From: Octopus sinensis
Taxonomy: Eukaryota
DNA length: 53,745 bases
Direction of reading: 5' to 3'
NCBI RefSeq assembly: GCF_006345805.1
Contig: NW_021833873.1
Span: 1-53,745 of the forward strand
The position numbers and the translations under genes were made by a program. The notes beneath the pieces were generated by a model. That model was not told the origin of the DNA. It did not search any database and was given only the letters and a program-made list of their open reading frames with translations. Of the stretch, positions 25,329 through 39,494 are shown piece after piece; within the stretch, counting starts at the first letter, position 1; each line of letters starts with the position of its first letter.

Positions 25329-25560
25329 AGGCGGCGAGCTGGCAGAATCGTTAGCACGGCGGGCGAGATGCTTAGTAGTATTTCGTCTGCCGTTACGTTC
25401 TGAGTTCAAATTCCGCCGAAGTCGACTTTGCCTTTCATCCTTTCGGGGTCGATAAATTAAGTACCAGTTACGCACTGGGGTCGATGTAATCGACTTAATC
25501 CCTTTGTCTGTCCTTGTTTGTCCCCTCTGTGTTTAGCTCCTTGTGGGCAATAAAGAAATA
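25329..25560 (+). mobile_element. SINE family B nested in the Dong endonuclease region
   Basis: Full-length copy; TSD agaaatgc[c/t]t at 25318-25327 and 25561-25570; removal restores PSDRNASVKE. Confidence 0.95.
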
Positions 25561-26089
25561 AGAAATGCTTCAGTAAAAGAGTGTGCAAAACTTGCCAAGT
25601 AGAAGGATCTTGAAACAGAGATAAACAGGATGTGGCAACTGGAAAACCAAACTATTCCAGCAGGGATACGAGCACTAGGCCTCGTAAAGAAGTGTGTTTA
25701 AAAGTTTCTAGAAAACACACCTGGTAAACCTAGCACCAATGAAATCCAAAAGATAGTTCTGACATGTACCACCCTTTATAAATTTTTGTCAACACACAAT
25801 CTTTTCTGTTTAATTTTTATAGTAAATTTCATTGGTACTTAATAGCATTCAAGTGTTCTCAATGTAAAATAAACTCGTGTCTTTTATATTTTCTTATACT
25901 TCTTTTCATCCTCCTCTATCTTCCTATACTTATTTTCTCAATTTGTTTGTTTTAACTATTAAATTTTTGCGATGTGACTTGTTAAGTGAGTGACAAAAAA
26001 AAAAGACTGTCAAAACCAAACCGATGATGCCTGCTCCAAGTATCTAGTTAATATTCGGTATTCATTGAATATAAAGGGAAATCAAAGGA

Positions 26090-26872
<783 letters not shown>

Positions 26873-28229
26873 TCATCTACGCGCTGAATAACAATATGGA
26901 CGTGCTACAACGGGCACTCCATACAAAAACGAGTCTAATTTAATAACATCGGTGGAATGGGAAAAAGGAACCTGTGGAAGACTTAAAGGAAGCGGCCTTT
27001 TAACGAAAATAATCACAAAAAACGAAATTTTACTGCCATACAAAGTACAGTTTCTCCCATGCACGATATCTCAATGAAACGTGCGAAATCAACATCGGAA
27101 AGTTTACAAATTATAAAATATAAGTGGAACAAAACAGTAAGCACGTAAATTGATTAATTACACATACATTCGAATGTCTATACAATTATATATACATTCG
27201 AATACTCATAAAACTACACATACACCTCAATGTTTACACAACTGCTTGAAATTTACAGGACACACATACACGCAAACGAAAGCACGTGCCACAAACGAAG
27301 CAAAACTATAACGAAAGAATTTTCTTCGAACTAACACAGAATGAACAATTCATAAGTTCAAAGGCACCACAAAGAAACTTTGCCCGGAGATAAATCTGTC
27401 AACAAAAATATACAGACGAATACTGATCTGTTAGCCTTAGGAAGTGACGTTAAGAGCAATGCTTTTTAGAGAACTCGGAGGTAGTGTTGTCTCAAAAACG
27501 CTAAACAGACAGATCCGTACCTTAAGTTCAACGTCCAAGCTCGTCATGCCTCAATGATAACAAAGCAACATACACACTGGTTCTGCCGTCACCCGAGTCA
27601 ACAAAGGGTCGCACACACAATAAGGAACCAGACTGGGTGCAAAAAAATCAGCTACTGATTCAAATCTTCCCGAAATACAGAGCTGGAAGTACCCCACAAC
27701 CGGAATAGTCCAACATATGGCTATCCACGTTCGTCATCAAATAACCAAAAGAAAAAGAATGAAAAATGGTGTCGGGGAGTTAATAAAGAAGTTCTTAAAG
27801 CCTTCTATTCTGCCATGTATTTCTCCGCATATAAATCTACCTAACAGACCTACCTAAACTGGAGAGAGAAGCGCGTTGAAATAAGATCACACATAGGTAG
27901 TAACAAACTACCTTAGACCCCCACCCTTGCTTCCCCCACTCTTGCCTCCCACACCCCAACACCACCACATCACACCATACATCACCGCACCACCACACCA
28001 CACACCACTCACCACCATACCACACCACATCGCACCACCCCGCACACACTAACACTGACCACTTCCCAGCACCCCACACCAATGCACGCACTGACCACTT
28101 CCCAGTACCTACACCATCATCCACACAACTACACATGCGCAGACGCACACGTCAAGGTCACCAGCCTCCTTCCACATACACACACACGCTCTCACATACA
28201 TACGCACGCGCACTTCGTTTTTGGATCAC

Positions 28230-28470
28230 CACTACTTTATTATCTCCCATTCTTCCTAGCTCTCCTGTTTAACCAATCTGTCCGGCATTCATCATGATAG
28301 ATCGCTAGCCACTAAACATTTTTCTATTTTCTCTCCCTGTTTATTTCTGTGTTCCTTTCTGTTGAAGAGCTTAGGCTCGAAACGCAAAAGACTTTCTCAC
28401 TTCTCGAGCGTTAAACTAATACATCTGTTTGTTGTTTACATACACGTCTTCGTCTTTTGTTTATTGTAAA
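28230..28470 (+). mobile_element. Penelope-like pLTR fragment interrupting the Dong LINE
   Basis: Non-coding pyrimidine-rich segment containing a minimal hammerhead fold. Confidence 0.5.
28355..28390 (+). ncRNA. Minimal type-I hammerhead ribozyme relic
   Basis: CUUU-CUGUUGA-A-GAGC(UUAG)GCUC-GAAAC-GCA/AAAG: stems I and II pair perfectly; core deviates at A6 and U16.1. Confidence 0.55.
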
Positions 28471-30780
28471 TTTTCACAATATGAAAACTATACTTGACAT
28501 CGATACCACCATAGAAACTATCAAGCAAAAGGCATCTACTAAGGCTTCCCGCATTGCACGGAATGAAAAGCGCGTTAGGTTCTTCAAGGACAACATATTC
28601 AGAAATAACCCAAAACATTTTACATGAAGATAGGGAAAATACCAGTTACAGTAAAGTCTTCACCATCAAAAGAAGTGCAGGAATTTGGAATAAAGTTAGG
28701 GCAGAAGAAAAAACGCACACTAAAAAGGTCCCTTGGATTGATAGAATATCAACCTTATAAGAGCAAAAGTGGGAAGGTATCAATGTAGAGAATGCAAGAT
28801 CTGCTCTCGGGAAATCAAGCAAATGGAAGTCTCCAGGAAAGGATGAAATTCCTAACTTCTGGTTGAATGCCTTCCCAGAGAGGTATGAACCGCTAACAAA
28901 ACTTTACAACAATGTTTTGCAACATCCTAGTACGATTCCCTCTAAGGCAGTTAATGATGTTACATTTCTACTTCCAAAACATGAAGAAACAAATGAACCA
29001 AAAAATTATAGACCCATAATCTGCTTAACAACTATGTATAAAATACTAACATCCGTCTTGACTGAATATACCTATAGTTTTTAATAGAAAGTAGCATATT
29101 CCCTAATGAGCAAAAAGGATATAAACGTGGGTCCTATGGTTGTAAAGATCAGCTACTCATCAATAAAATGATCTTGGAAGATTGCCAAAAACAACACAAG
29201 AACTTCTCGATATCCTAGATAGACTATAAAAAAAGCTCTTGATTGTCTACCACATAGCTGGATTAAGAAATGTCTGGAAATATATAAAATAGCACCTACT
29301 CTGCGAAACTTGTTATTTGTAAGTATGAGATTATGGAGAACCACACTAACTTTGAACAGTGACAATGAATCTCTTAATGCTGGAGATGTAAGAATTTCAT
29401 GTGGCATTTTCTAGGGTGACTCTCTGTCACTACTCCTCTTTTGTCTAGCCTTAATACTTCTTTCGAAATTGTTCAATGATGTACAATGTGGCTATAAAAT
29501 GTTTGATAAAAATATAAACTATCGATTTTACATGGATGATTTAAAGCTCTTTGCAAAAAATGACCAACAACTACAGGGCTTACAAGCGATTGTTAAACAG
29601 TTCACGGATGACATCAGGATGGAATTTGGCAAAAGCTACCTTTATCAGAGGGAAAATGATAGAAAAAACCAATGTTAATCGTGAACAACATAAGGTCATA
29701 TAGGAGTTAGAACCAGCAGAGAGCTACAAACACCTAAGGGTATTTGAAAGGGACGGAATCAAACATTCAGTGATGAGGGAAAGCGTCAGAAGAGAATGTT
29801 ATCGCAGTGTGAGAGCAATACTGAAGACAGAGCTGACTACAAGAAACAGGATCGAAGCGATCAATACTTTAGCCATACCGGTTGTGACTTACAGTTTCAA
29901 TATTATTAACTGGTCGATTACTGAAATATGTAATCCTGACCGAAAAATACGAAAATTGTTGACAATGCATTGAATGCACCACCTTAAGGCAGATATAGAA
30001 TGATTTTCCCTTACAAGAAAAGAGGGTGGCCGTGGTCTTTTGCAACTTGAATTAACAATGAAGATTGCGACAATTGGCCTAGACACCTACCTGAAAAACT
30101 CTGATGACTGGATGTTAAAACTTGTGTTAAAGTATAAAAACAAGAAAACATGATACTCAGTAACAAAACAGGCAAAAGAAATATCTAAGTGAATTCCAAA
30201 TACAACAAATCCCAGAATTAAACATATTGGAAACAAGCACAGAAAAAGCTATGCGTATGAAAATCCGTAACAAATTGCGGCCTTAAATATTCTTACTGAT
30301 AAATGGAAAAAAATTATCCGAATGGCAAATACCCAAAGAGAGCTAATAATGCCGATGTTGACAAAACCCTTCCCATCAATGGTTAGTGTCTTCTGGATTA
30401 AAATCAGAAACAGAAGGGTTTATCATAGCAAACCAGTATCAATGCCTACCTACAAGGAACTACCAGGCCAACATATTAAAGTAGCCCAACATGTCGTGTA
30501 TATAAACAACTAAATGAAAGCATCGATCATGTCTCCATGGCAGAAATTCAAAAACTAGTCTTCATGGGAACTGCCCATATCCTACGTAAAATACTGCCTA
30601 CGTAATCCCAAATTTTAAAACAAACTTATAATTTTCTTGTGTTTCCTTAGATATACTTTGTGCAAAAACCAAATATATGACACCCTAGTCATAACACCAA
30701 CTTGAACTTTTAACTTGTTATCTCTTGAAGTCTTTGGGTGAGACTTGAAATCAACTTGTACCAGCAAAAGTCAAACATAT

Positions 30781-31280
<500 letters not shown>

Positions 31281-31639
31281 AACAGTAAGAAGGCCATTAT
31301 TTTCTGAATTCAAACTTCACGTTTCTTTTCTTCCAGTTTCTAATGGAAGGTCTTGTACACCAATACTCTACGTTTCCATCATTTACCATTTTATCGCGCT
31401 ACCAGCCACTGCTTTCACTGGTCGACTTTCTGAGAGAGCTGCAGCAGTAAAATGTAGGCATTTAATGTTGATTTAAGAGTAAATGTCAGTAGAATAATTC
31501 TAACTGTTGGATATAAGGATTTAAACAAGTAAAAGGAGAGAAAATAATGATAGCTATTGATTATGACATTTACGTTTTGTTGTCATTGCATTACCACCCG
31601 AACACCCAACAGCAACACTCGAACCTTTACCTATACCAT

Positions 31640-32670
31640 CAACGTCACCGCAACCACCAACGCTACCGTACTAGCATCACCACTGCAACCGATACAGCCG
31701 CAAACACTACATCACTAGCAGCGGTACCACAACAACCACCGCCAACACCACAATCATCTATCATCACCACCACCACCACCACCACCACCATCACTACCAC
31801 TGCTACCACTAGCACTGAAACCAGCACCCTCTCTGCAACCGCCACCACCAGCACCATCGCTATCATCACCACCTCATCACCACAACCACTACTGCCACTA
31901 TACCACTAACGGTACTATCACCACCATTATCACCACCACCACCACCACCACTACTAGTATAAACACTGGCACCACCACTACCACAATATCATCGGCATCC
32001 CAACATGACCACTACCACTACCACTATCACCGTCACCACAATGAACGCCACTACCACAACTAACACCATCACCACTACCACCACAAACACCCCTACCACC
32101 CGCCGCCACCGCAATCGCCATCACCACCACTGCCACCGTCAGCACCATCATCACCGCCACCACCACCATCACTACCACCACTGTCACTGAAACCACCACC
32201 ACCACCGCCGCCACCACCATCACTATTACCACTACCACTGCCACCACCACCACCACCATCACTATTACCACTACCACTGCCACCACCACCACCACCACCA
32301 CCACCGCCACCACCATCACTATTACCACTACCACTGCCACCACCACCACCAAAACCACCATCACCACCACCGCCACCACCATCACTATTACCACTGCCAC
32401 CACTACCACCACCGCCACCACCATCACTATTACCACTACCACTGCCACGACCACCACCGCCACTACCACCACTACCATTACCGCCGCCACCACCATCACA
32501 ACCACCACTGTCACTGCCACCACCACCACCACCACCACCACCGCCATCACTATTACCACTGCCAACTGCCACTGACACCACCACCGTCACCACCATCACT
32601 ACCACCACCATCGACAGCAGCATCTCAAACATCGCAAAAGCAACATCAACAACAATAACAACAACAACAA
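31640..32670. repeat. (ACC)n-based low-complexity tract with a recurring higher-order unit
   Basis: atcactattaccact occurs six times between ~32219 and 32560. Confidence 0.9.
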
Positions 32671-33099
32671 CAAATATAAACGACTGTTGTCAATATCAGA
32701 AACAGCTATTAATAGAAATTTTCTTTGCTGGTGACTCTTCAAGCTGCATAATTCTAGATATATAACAGAGTTCGGTTAATGTATGCGTGGCTGTATGCAT
32801 ATATGTATATGATATGTATGTTAGCATGTACGTGTGTGCATGTATGCCTTGTGTGTGCGCCCATGTGCTATAAATTCAATAAGCATGTATGCATTCATGT
32901 GTATGATCTTGGTTTTATATCTTAAATTTGCTCATCAATAACAAAACGAGCTGGTCTCTCCAACTCAACTCACATACAAGGCCTTTTCATTGGAATTTAA
33001 AGCATCAACTTGGTAGTCATGCGAGCCGTTGTCTATGCATGTGTACAGTTATGCAAGTGCATGGGTTCACATGCTGCGTGCATGTTATTATGAATGTGA

Positions 33100-33332
33100 A
33101 AGGCGGCGAGCTGGCAGAAACGTTAGCACGCCGGGCTAAATGCGTAGCCGTATTTAGTCTGCGGTTACGTTCTGAGTTCAAATTCCGCCCAGGTCGACTT
33201 TGCCTTTCATCCTTTCGGGGTCGATTAAATAAGTACCAGTTACGCACTGAGGTCGATGTAATCGACTTAATCCGTTTGTCTGTCCTTGTTTGTCTTCTCT
33301 GTGTTTAGCCCCTTGTGGGTAGTAAAGAAATA
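33100..33332 (+). mobile_element. SINE family B, full length
   Basis: 16-bp perfect TSD gttattatgaatgtga at 33084-33099 and 33333-33348. Confidence 0.95.
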
Positions 33333-33486
33333 GTTATTATGAATGTGAGAACCTGTACGCTTTGACTTACGTTCACGCATAAGCGTTTCAACGTGCTTAC
33401 AATTTACAGTTAGATACAATTTTATGAACGCATGTTAAGCAAGCTTTTCTGGAATAGAAGCATGCCTACACATACATGCATACATA

Positions 33487-34000
33487 CATGAGTTGGACAA
33501 AATAATGGAAACACCTCAAAATTTCAAACAAATTTAGTTTAGTATGGGGTAGGATGTCCTTTGGCAGTAATTGCAGCTTGAATTCTACGAGATATGGACT
33601 CGTACAAAGTTTGAATTGTTTCCAAAGGAATTTTTGTCCATTCTTCAGCTAAAACAGTCTCCAGTTCTTGTAGTGATGATGGTGGAGGATATCGACTCCT
33701 TACTTGTTTTTCTAAAATGCACCTTAAATGTTCGATAATATTGAGATCTCGGGATTGTGGTGGCCAGATTAAGATGTTCAACTTCACTAGAATGTTCCTT
33801 GTGCCATTCAGTAACAATTTAGCTGTGTGAATTGGTGCACTAGCATCCTGAAAGATTGCGTTTCCCACTGGAAACAGTTCTGCAAACACAGTGGTGGGGG
33901 GGGGGCTATATTTTGGAAATCTGCCGGCCTAATGGTTTCCTTTCATGGCGGAATTAATAGTCAAGACTGTTCAAACATTTCATCTGATCAAATTCATCCT
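33487..34000 (-). mobile_element. Tc1-family transposon 3' part with one TIR; 33895-34000 is inverted
   Basis: AIFQDASAPIHTAK...WPPQSRDLNIIEHL...AKGHPTPY; TA followed by catgagttggacaaaataatggaaacacc TIR. Confidence 0.9.
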
Positions 34001-34001
34001 G

Positions 34002-34125
34002 GACGAAGGACCACAGCTCTGAAATATCTGGACACAGTACGAGTGCGTGCAGAACGGTTTCGTCGCTCTGACCGCATCTCGGGCAGGTCAGTCCGGTGAT
34101 GGTTTTCGAACCGTGCCTGTAGCTC
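34002..34125 (-). mobile_element. Internal Tx1 ORF2 fragment (zinc-finger region)
   Basis: About 95% identical to 36310-36432. Confidence 0.9.
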
Positions 34126-34211
34126 TTTTATTCTTAAACTCATATAAATTCATTGAACTTATATGTGTGCGTGAGCGTGTGTGTGTGTGTGTAGGTATGA
34201 GTGTGTGTGTG

Positions 34212-34261
<50 letters not shown>

Positions 34262-34477
34262 CGTGTGTATGCAATAGGTGGTTCATCAACTTTTAGACAT
34301 TATATTATGTTAACTTATTTATCTATTTACTAAACTGAACTGAACTGATAATTACAATAATATACATACATATAACATATTATGCTTTACATATAAGATA
34401 TAAAATATAGTAATATATAAGGATACCAGTAATTATTATAAAATAACAAACATGAATATATATATATAAATATATAT

Positions 34478-34550
34478 ACTTTTACTTGTTTCAATCCTTT
34501 AACTGTGGCCATGCTGAAGCATCGCCTTTTAGTCGAACAATTCGACCCCA
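34478..34550 (-). mobile_element. 3' end fragment of SINE family A
   Basis: Reverse complement of ...cgactaaaggcg.tgct.cagcatggccacagt...tgaaacaagtaaaag. Confidence 0.6.
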
Positions 34551-34649
34551 GAATAAATACCAGATTTAAAAAAAAGTAAGTATTGAGCTTAACAACTGTC
34601 CTAAATTATTGTAATTTAAGCAATTCATTACTATTCATCTAATATGCTG

Positions 34650-35270
34650 GCCTGTCAACTTTTTATTCCAGATTGAAAGAGGTGACTGTAACAGTCTACA
34701 GAACTTCACACCCTACTAAACACTGCTTGTCACGGCTGACAAGTTTACAGAAGGTAGTCAAGACGGGGAGAAAATTTGGGATTTCGCTATGCTATAGTTT
34801 TGTGTTAAACTGGGCAAAAACGCTCAGAAACTTATGAAATGCCCCAAACTGATTCAAGGGTGATAGAGAGGATATGAGAAAAGATTGAAGGGGAGGGACG
34901 TTAAAACAACAAAGCTGGTTGAGAAAATTCACTATTTTCTGGATGAAGATTGCTGTGTGTGTATAAAGACAACAAGTATACAGTTTGAAATTACTGTAGC
35001 AATTATACACAGAATTATTCGCAAAGATCTAATCTTACGCAAAATTTGTGCAAATTTCCCCGAGTGCTCGGTGACGAACAGAAAGAAAGATGCGTTAGTG
35101 ATAACAGCGAGAGGATTAAGCTCGTTGCCTCCAATCCAAGAATACTCAAGTTTCTAGGGACTTGTAATGAAAGCAGAATCTACTGATATGATTAAGAGAC
35201 CAAGAGAAAGAATGACCAATGAAAACAAATTGCCCTCCCACCAGACCCGAGGAGGCCAGATTAGGGTTTA
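34650..35270 (+). mobile_element. Mariner 5' part, decayed
   Basis: FCVKLGKNA; IIRKDLILRKICA; VLGDEQKERCV; TCNESRIY.YD.ETK resemble the mariner N-terminus to the first catalytic Asp. Confidence 0.75.
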
Positions 35271-35391
35271 TCATTTCTTTGAACTCGAAGTTCTCTCCTA
35301 AAAAAAAGTCTCAAAACATTTGGAGTGTCCTTATATATGTGAGTGTATGCATATGTATATATGTATGTATATATATTGACAGATAGATAGA

Positions 35392-35682
<291 letters not shown>

Positions 35683-35974
35683 CTTTTTATTGTAGCCACA
35701 CAGGGCTAAACACAGAAAAAAAATGGACGAAATACAATGTAGAGTTTTTTTTCTTTTCGAGGTGGGATGGGTGGGACATACAAAGAAAAAAAACGTTCGA
35801 TCTATAGGGATCTTTGGGTTGTGTGGTGTATAAAAATATAATATATATATATATAATAAATTTCACAGTTTAGGTGTAGCCCTGGAAAGAAAAACCTACA
35901 AAAAGACCAAGGTCACCTCAGACAGTTCGAAAATGAACACGAGTAAGTCGCCTTACCTCTCGTTGTCTCTTTGG

Positions 35975-38900
35975 TCACAGATTTATGCTTAAAATAGTGT
36001 CTTCTTTCATACTGACCATTTTTGCCACTTTTACCCACTTTTTATTAAAACATTCGTTCGACAAAGCTTCCTCTCTATTCTCATCCTCCTTTTCAAGTGG
36101 TACTTGAAAAAGTTGACGAGAGACTGACCAGAGAGGAAGGTGTTTGTTTGCAGTCCTTTCAAACGCGTCCACCACACACATTCTTTCGCCATAGCCATCA
36201 GCGTAACGAAAACAGTTTTCCCTTCCCGCTTAAAGGAAGGTGGTGGAACAATATTCACGATAGACTCGGCCGATAAGCGGGCCCGTCCTACACGCGACAA
36301 CAGCTGTTCGACGAAGGTCCACAGCTCTGAAATATCTGGACACAGCACGAGCGCGTGCAGAACGGTTTCGTCGCTCTGACCGCATCTCGGGCAGGTCGGT
36401 CGGTGATGGTTTTCGAACCGTGCCAGTAGCTCTTCTCTCGAACAGGCAGTGCGTCTCGATAGCATTGTCAAGCCAGGGATTTCTGGAATTTATCCATAGG
36501 CCCCGGCCCGAACATTGTCCTGAACAGGCGGGTTAGGAATTTCTCGTCGACGCTCAGGTTTGCCCCGAGTGTATCGTCGGACCTCCCCTCCACTAGTCCT
36601 CTATAGAACGCTTTAGTCGTTTGTAAGTTGCACAAGTTTGACCCCGGTCGGCAGAGCTGCTGTAGAGCATGGCGACACTCTCGGTGCCAATCGCCCAGTT
36701 TCGGTCTTTTCCTGATCCACGTTTGCAGTTCGGTCAGTGAGACGAGCTGCGGGAAGGCGCGCCTCACACACGGCGCCCACACCTGTTCACCGTCATCGAT
36801 GAAGTTCCAGAGATGTCGCAGTCTCAGCGCATGCCTGCGCATCATCAACCACGGCCTGCCTAGTCTTCCATTCAACGGCTATTGACAGCAAATGGACCTC
36901 CTCACCTTTGGAACGCCACCCTTCCACAGGAAGCGGAAGGGTATGCGTTCTAGTTTGGTGATGGTGGCGTCGGGACAAGGCACGACGGTCAGACGGTAAT
37001 CGATGACGGATGCGATATACGCGTTCGCCCGACCGACCTTTTAGAGACAGCTTTCTATCGGGCCATGTTTGGCTGAGAGCGACCACTCTACTCGTGATCT
37101 CGTCCCAGTTCTTATCCATTTGGTGGTCCGGACTGAACCAGACCCCGAGCAATTTAACCGGTCCGTCCGTCCAACGTCCCACTACTGAGCCGCAGTCGGA
37201 CGGCATGGGATTGCTTCTCCAGGTGCCGAGTAGCAAACCCACTGACTTCTCCGGGTTAATCTTCGTTTCCGTCACCGTTTCGTATTTTCTTAGTGTCTCG
37301 CCTATCATCTGGATGTGTTTGTCGCTCGACACTATGACGGTGACATCGTCCGCATATGCCGACACGCTTGTCCCGCAACCCAGTTCCCGTGGGATGTCCC
37401 TCAGTGTCGCCAGCTTCTGCAGTAGCGGCTCGAGAGTCAATACATACAGAAGCGCCGACAGGGGACACCCCTGACGGACCGAACGCGTGATGTCAAACGG
37501 TTTCGACAGGTGGCCGTTCACCCGAATTACCGATCGGATGCCGCTATACAAGGCAGCGATCCAACCGCGGAAGACGGGACCGAAGCCAGCCGCCCTGAGG
37601 ACGGCCGCCAAGTACCGATGGTCGACCCTATCGAAGGCTTTAGACTGATCCAAATTGATCAGCGCCCCACCCATGCCAGGATCCTTAACTACCCTGTCCA
37701 CAATGTAGCGCATCAGATGGAGGTAGTCATGTATGGTTCTGCCCGGCACGGCGCATGTTTGCGCCCTGTCGACCAGTTTACCAATGACAAGCGCCAACCT
37801 CTCGGCTATTACTTTGGCCAAAATTTTCAAATCTGCGTTGAGCAGAGTGATGGGCCTGAAATTATCTATAAAATTCCCCTTGCTTGGGTCTTTCTTCAGC
37901 AACGTCACTGCACTCGGCTCACGAAACCGGGGATTCTCCCGTTTTGTTGCCAGTTGCAGTAGACTGATGCCAGGAGGTCGCCAAACAAGTCTGGCATTTG
38001 ACAATACAGCTCGTAGGGTAAACCATCCAATCCCGGCAACTTATACCTCGCGCAGCCCGCTATCGCATCCTGCATGTCAGCGGCTGTGATGGGACTTTCA
38101 CAAAACTCCGCTTCTCTTGCCGAGAGCCGCGGCAGGTCGGTCAGGTAGGCACTGAAGTCCATCCCGCGTTCCGACCCACCACTCGCACCAAACAGTCGAG
38201 CAAAGTGCTGTTGAAAGGCCTTACACATCCTTTCGGGTTCGAGTAAACTGCATCCCTGTTGATCTATTAGAGACCGAATGGTGGCTCTGTTGCCACGCTG
38301 CGCCTCCGCTACCCGGGCCTCTCGCGCAGCTTCGATCCCTTCGTTCCTTAAGGCACGCATTTTAGCTCTGACGACGCAACCTTCGTGCTTGGCGTTGAGG
38401 TGTTGGTCGAGGGCCATCCTCGCAGCCAGCACGTTGGTTGCGCTGCCAGTGGTAAGTGCCTCTTCTAGTTTCTTAACCAGATCTCCCTCTACTCTATTTC
38501 GATCTATTGCTAATTCCTTGCTAAACCTAATTGATTCCGATTTTATTGCCATTTTCAGGGCGAACCACCAGCGGTTGTTAACGACGGCTCCCGTCAGCGC
38601 CCTCTTAATTAACTCGCTAATCCGGTTCCTGTAAACCTGTCGCGCTAAGAGCGACATGTTCAGTTTCCAGTAACCGGGACCCTGCCTATATGTTTTATCT
38701 AAGTCGAGCGTACACGTAACAAATTTGTGATCTGTGTAGCTGACTATTTTAAATTGTGGACATCCTACACTATCCATATCCGCTGTCCTGCATAGAATTC
38801 TATCTAGATAAGATCTCGACGATCCTACGTGGTTTGTCCAAGTCCACGTTGGCACGTTCAGATGGTCGAGTCGGAACCTGTCAGACAAATGGAAACGTCT

Positions 38901-39406
38901 GAGTAGGTCTTTGAGGCACTTACACCCCCTTCTATTCCTATCCATTCCCACATAATCTAGATGCGTGTCCAAGGTAGCGTTCCAATCCCCTACTAACAGT
39001 AAAGGACTAGACGTACCCAGGAAAACCTCTAGACGTCTGAAGAAATCCGCCCGACCCGTTAAGGACGGTGCATAAACTGCCATCAGACGGAATGCACACC
39101 CATTTCTGCCATCCACGTCCAAGACAACCAGCCTACCCTCCGGGTCTAGGAATATTGTTCTTACTTTTACATTTAGACTCTTTCGAAAAAGCACCGCGGT
39201 ACCTCCACCACCCATGTTCGGCAGACAGGGAGAAAAATAAATGTCGAATTGATCGCCAAACATGGACGCGAGGGCCCGCGGCTTGCTGAGTCTGGTTTCA
39301 CTGATAGCTACTATATCCACGTTCAGTGACTTGATGTCGTTTAGAAGGTAACCTTGCTTCCAAGCCGACGCCAAGCCAACGCATTCACACAACCTAATTT
39401 AAGCAT
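35975..39406 (-). pseudogene. Tx1 ORF2 (endonuclease-RT-zinc finger), about five frameshifts
   Basis: ATG at 39406 (MLKLGCVNA), ISETR, GDWN, SYLDRI, TDH; PGLDGLPYE, FRPITLLNADLKIL, DQSKAFDRVDH, QGCPLS, YADD; CPRCGQSDETVLHALVLC. Confidence 0.95.
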
Positions 39407-39494
39407 AATTGACGTTTACGAAAATTGTGTTTCAAACACTACATTGGAAGAGACAAGAGGCAAGAGGGAAGGTCACTTACTCATTTCGAAAGTT

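Larger units (their letters stand above)
22850..25790 (+). mobile_element. R4/Dong-clade LINE (RT + restriction-like endonuclease), 5'-truncated, heavily mutated, two SINE insertions
   Basis: KNYRSKICL, YGCKDQLLIDKMILE, FQGNSLSPLLFC, FMDDLK, DIGMEFGIDKCA, CKMCDVQLETMYHIISG, RHDRVG, PSDRNASVKE, NEIQKIVL. Confidence 0.85.
26875..30780 (+). mobile_element. R4/Dong-clade LINE, near full span, decayed, between two (AAT)n arrays
   Basis: N-terminal KWCRGVNKEVLKAFY (~27770); WKSPGKDEIPNFW, KNYRPIICLTTMYK, GDSLSLLLFCLAL, FYMDDLKLFAKN; C-terminal AEIQKLVFMGTAHILRKIL; 3' UTR then (AAT)n. 5' boundary inferred. Confidence 0.8.
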
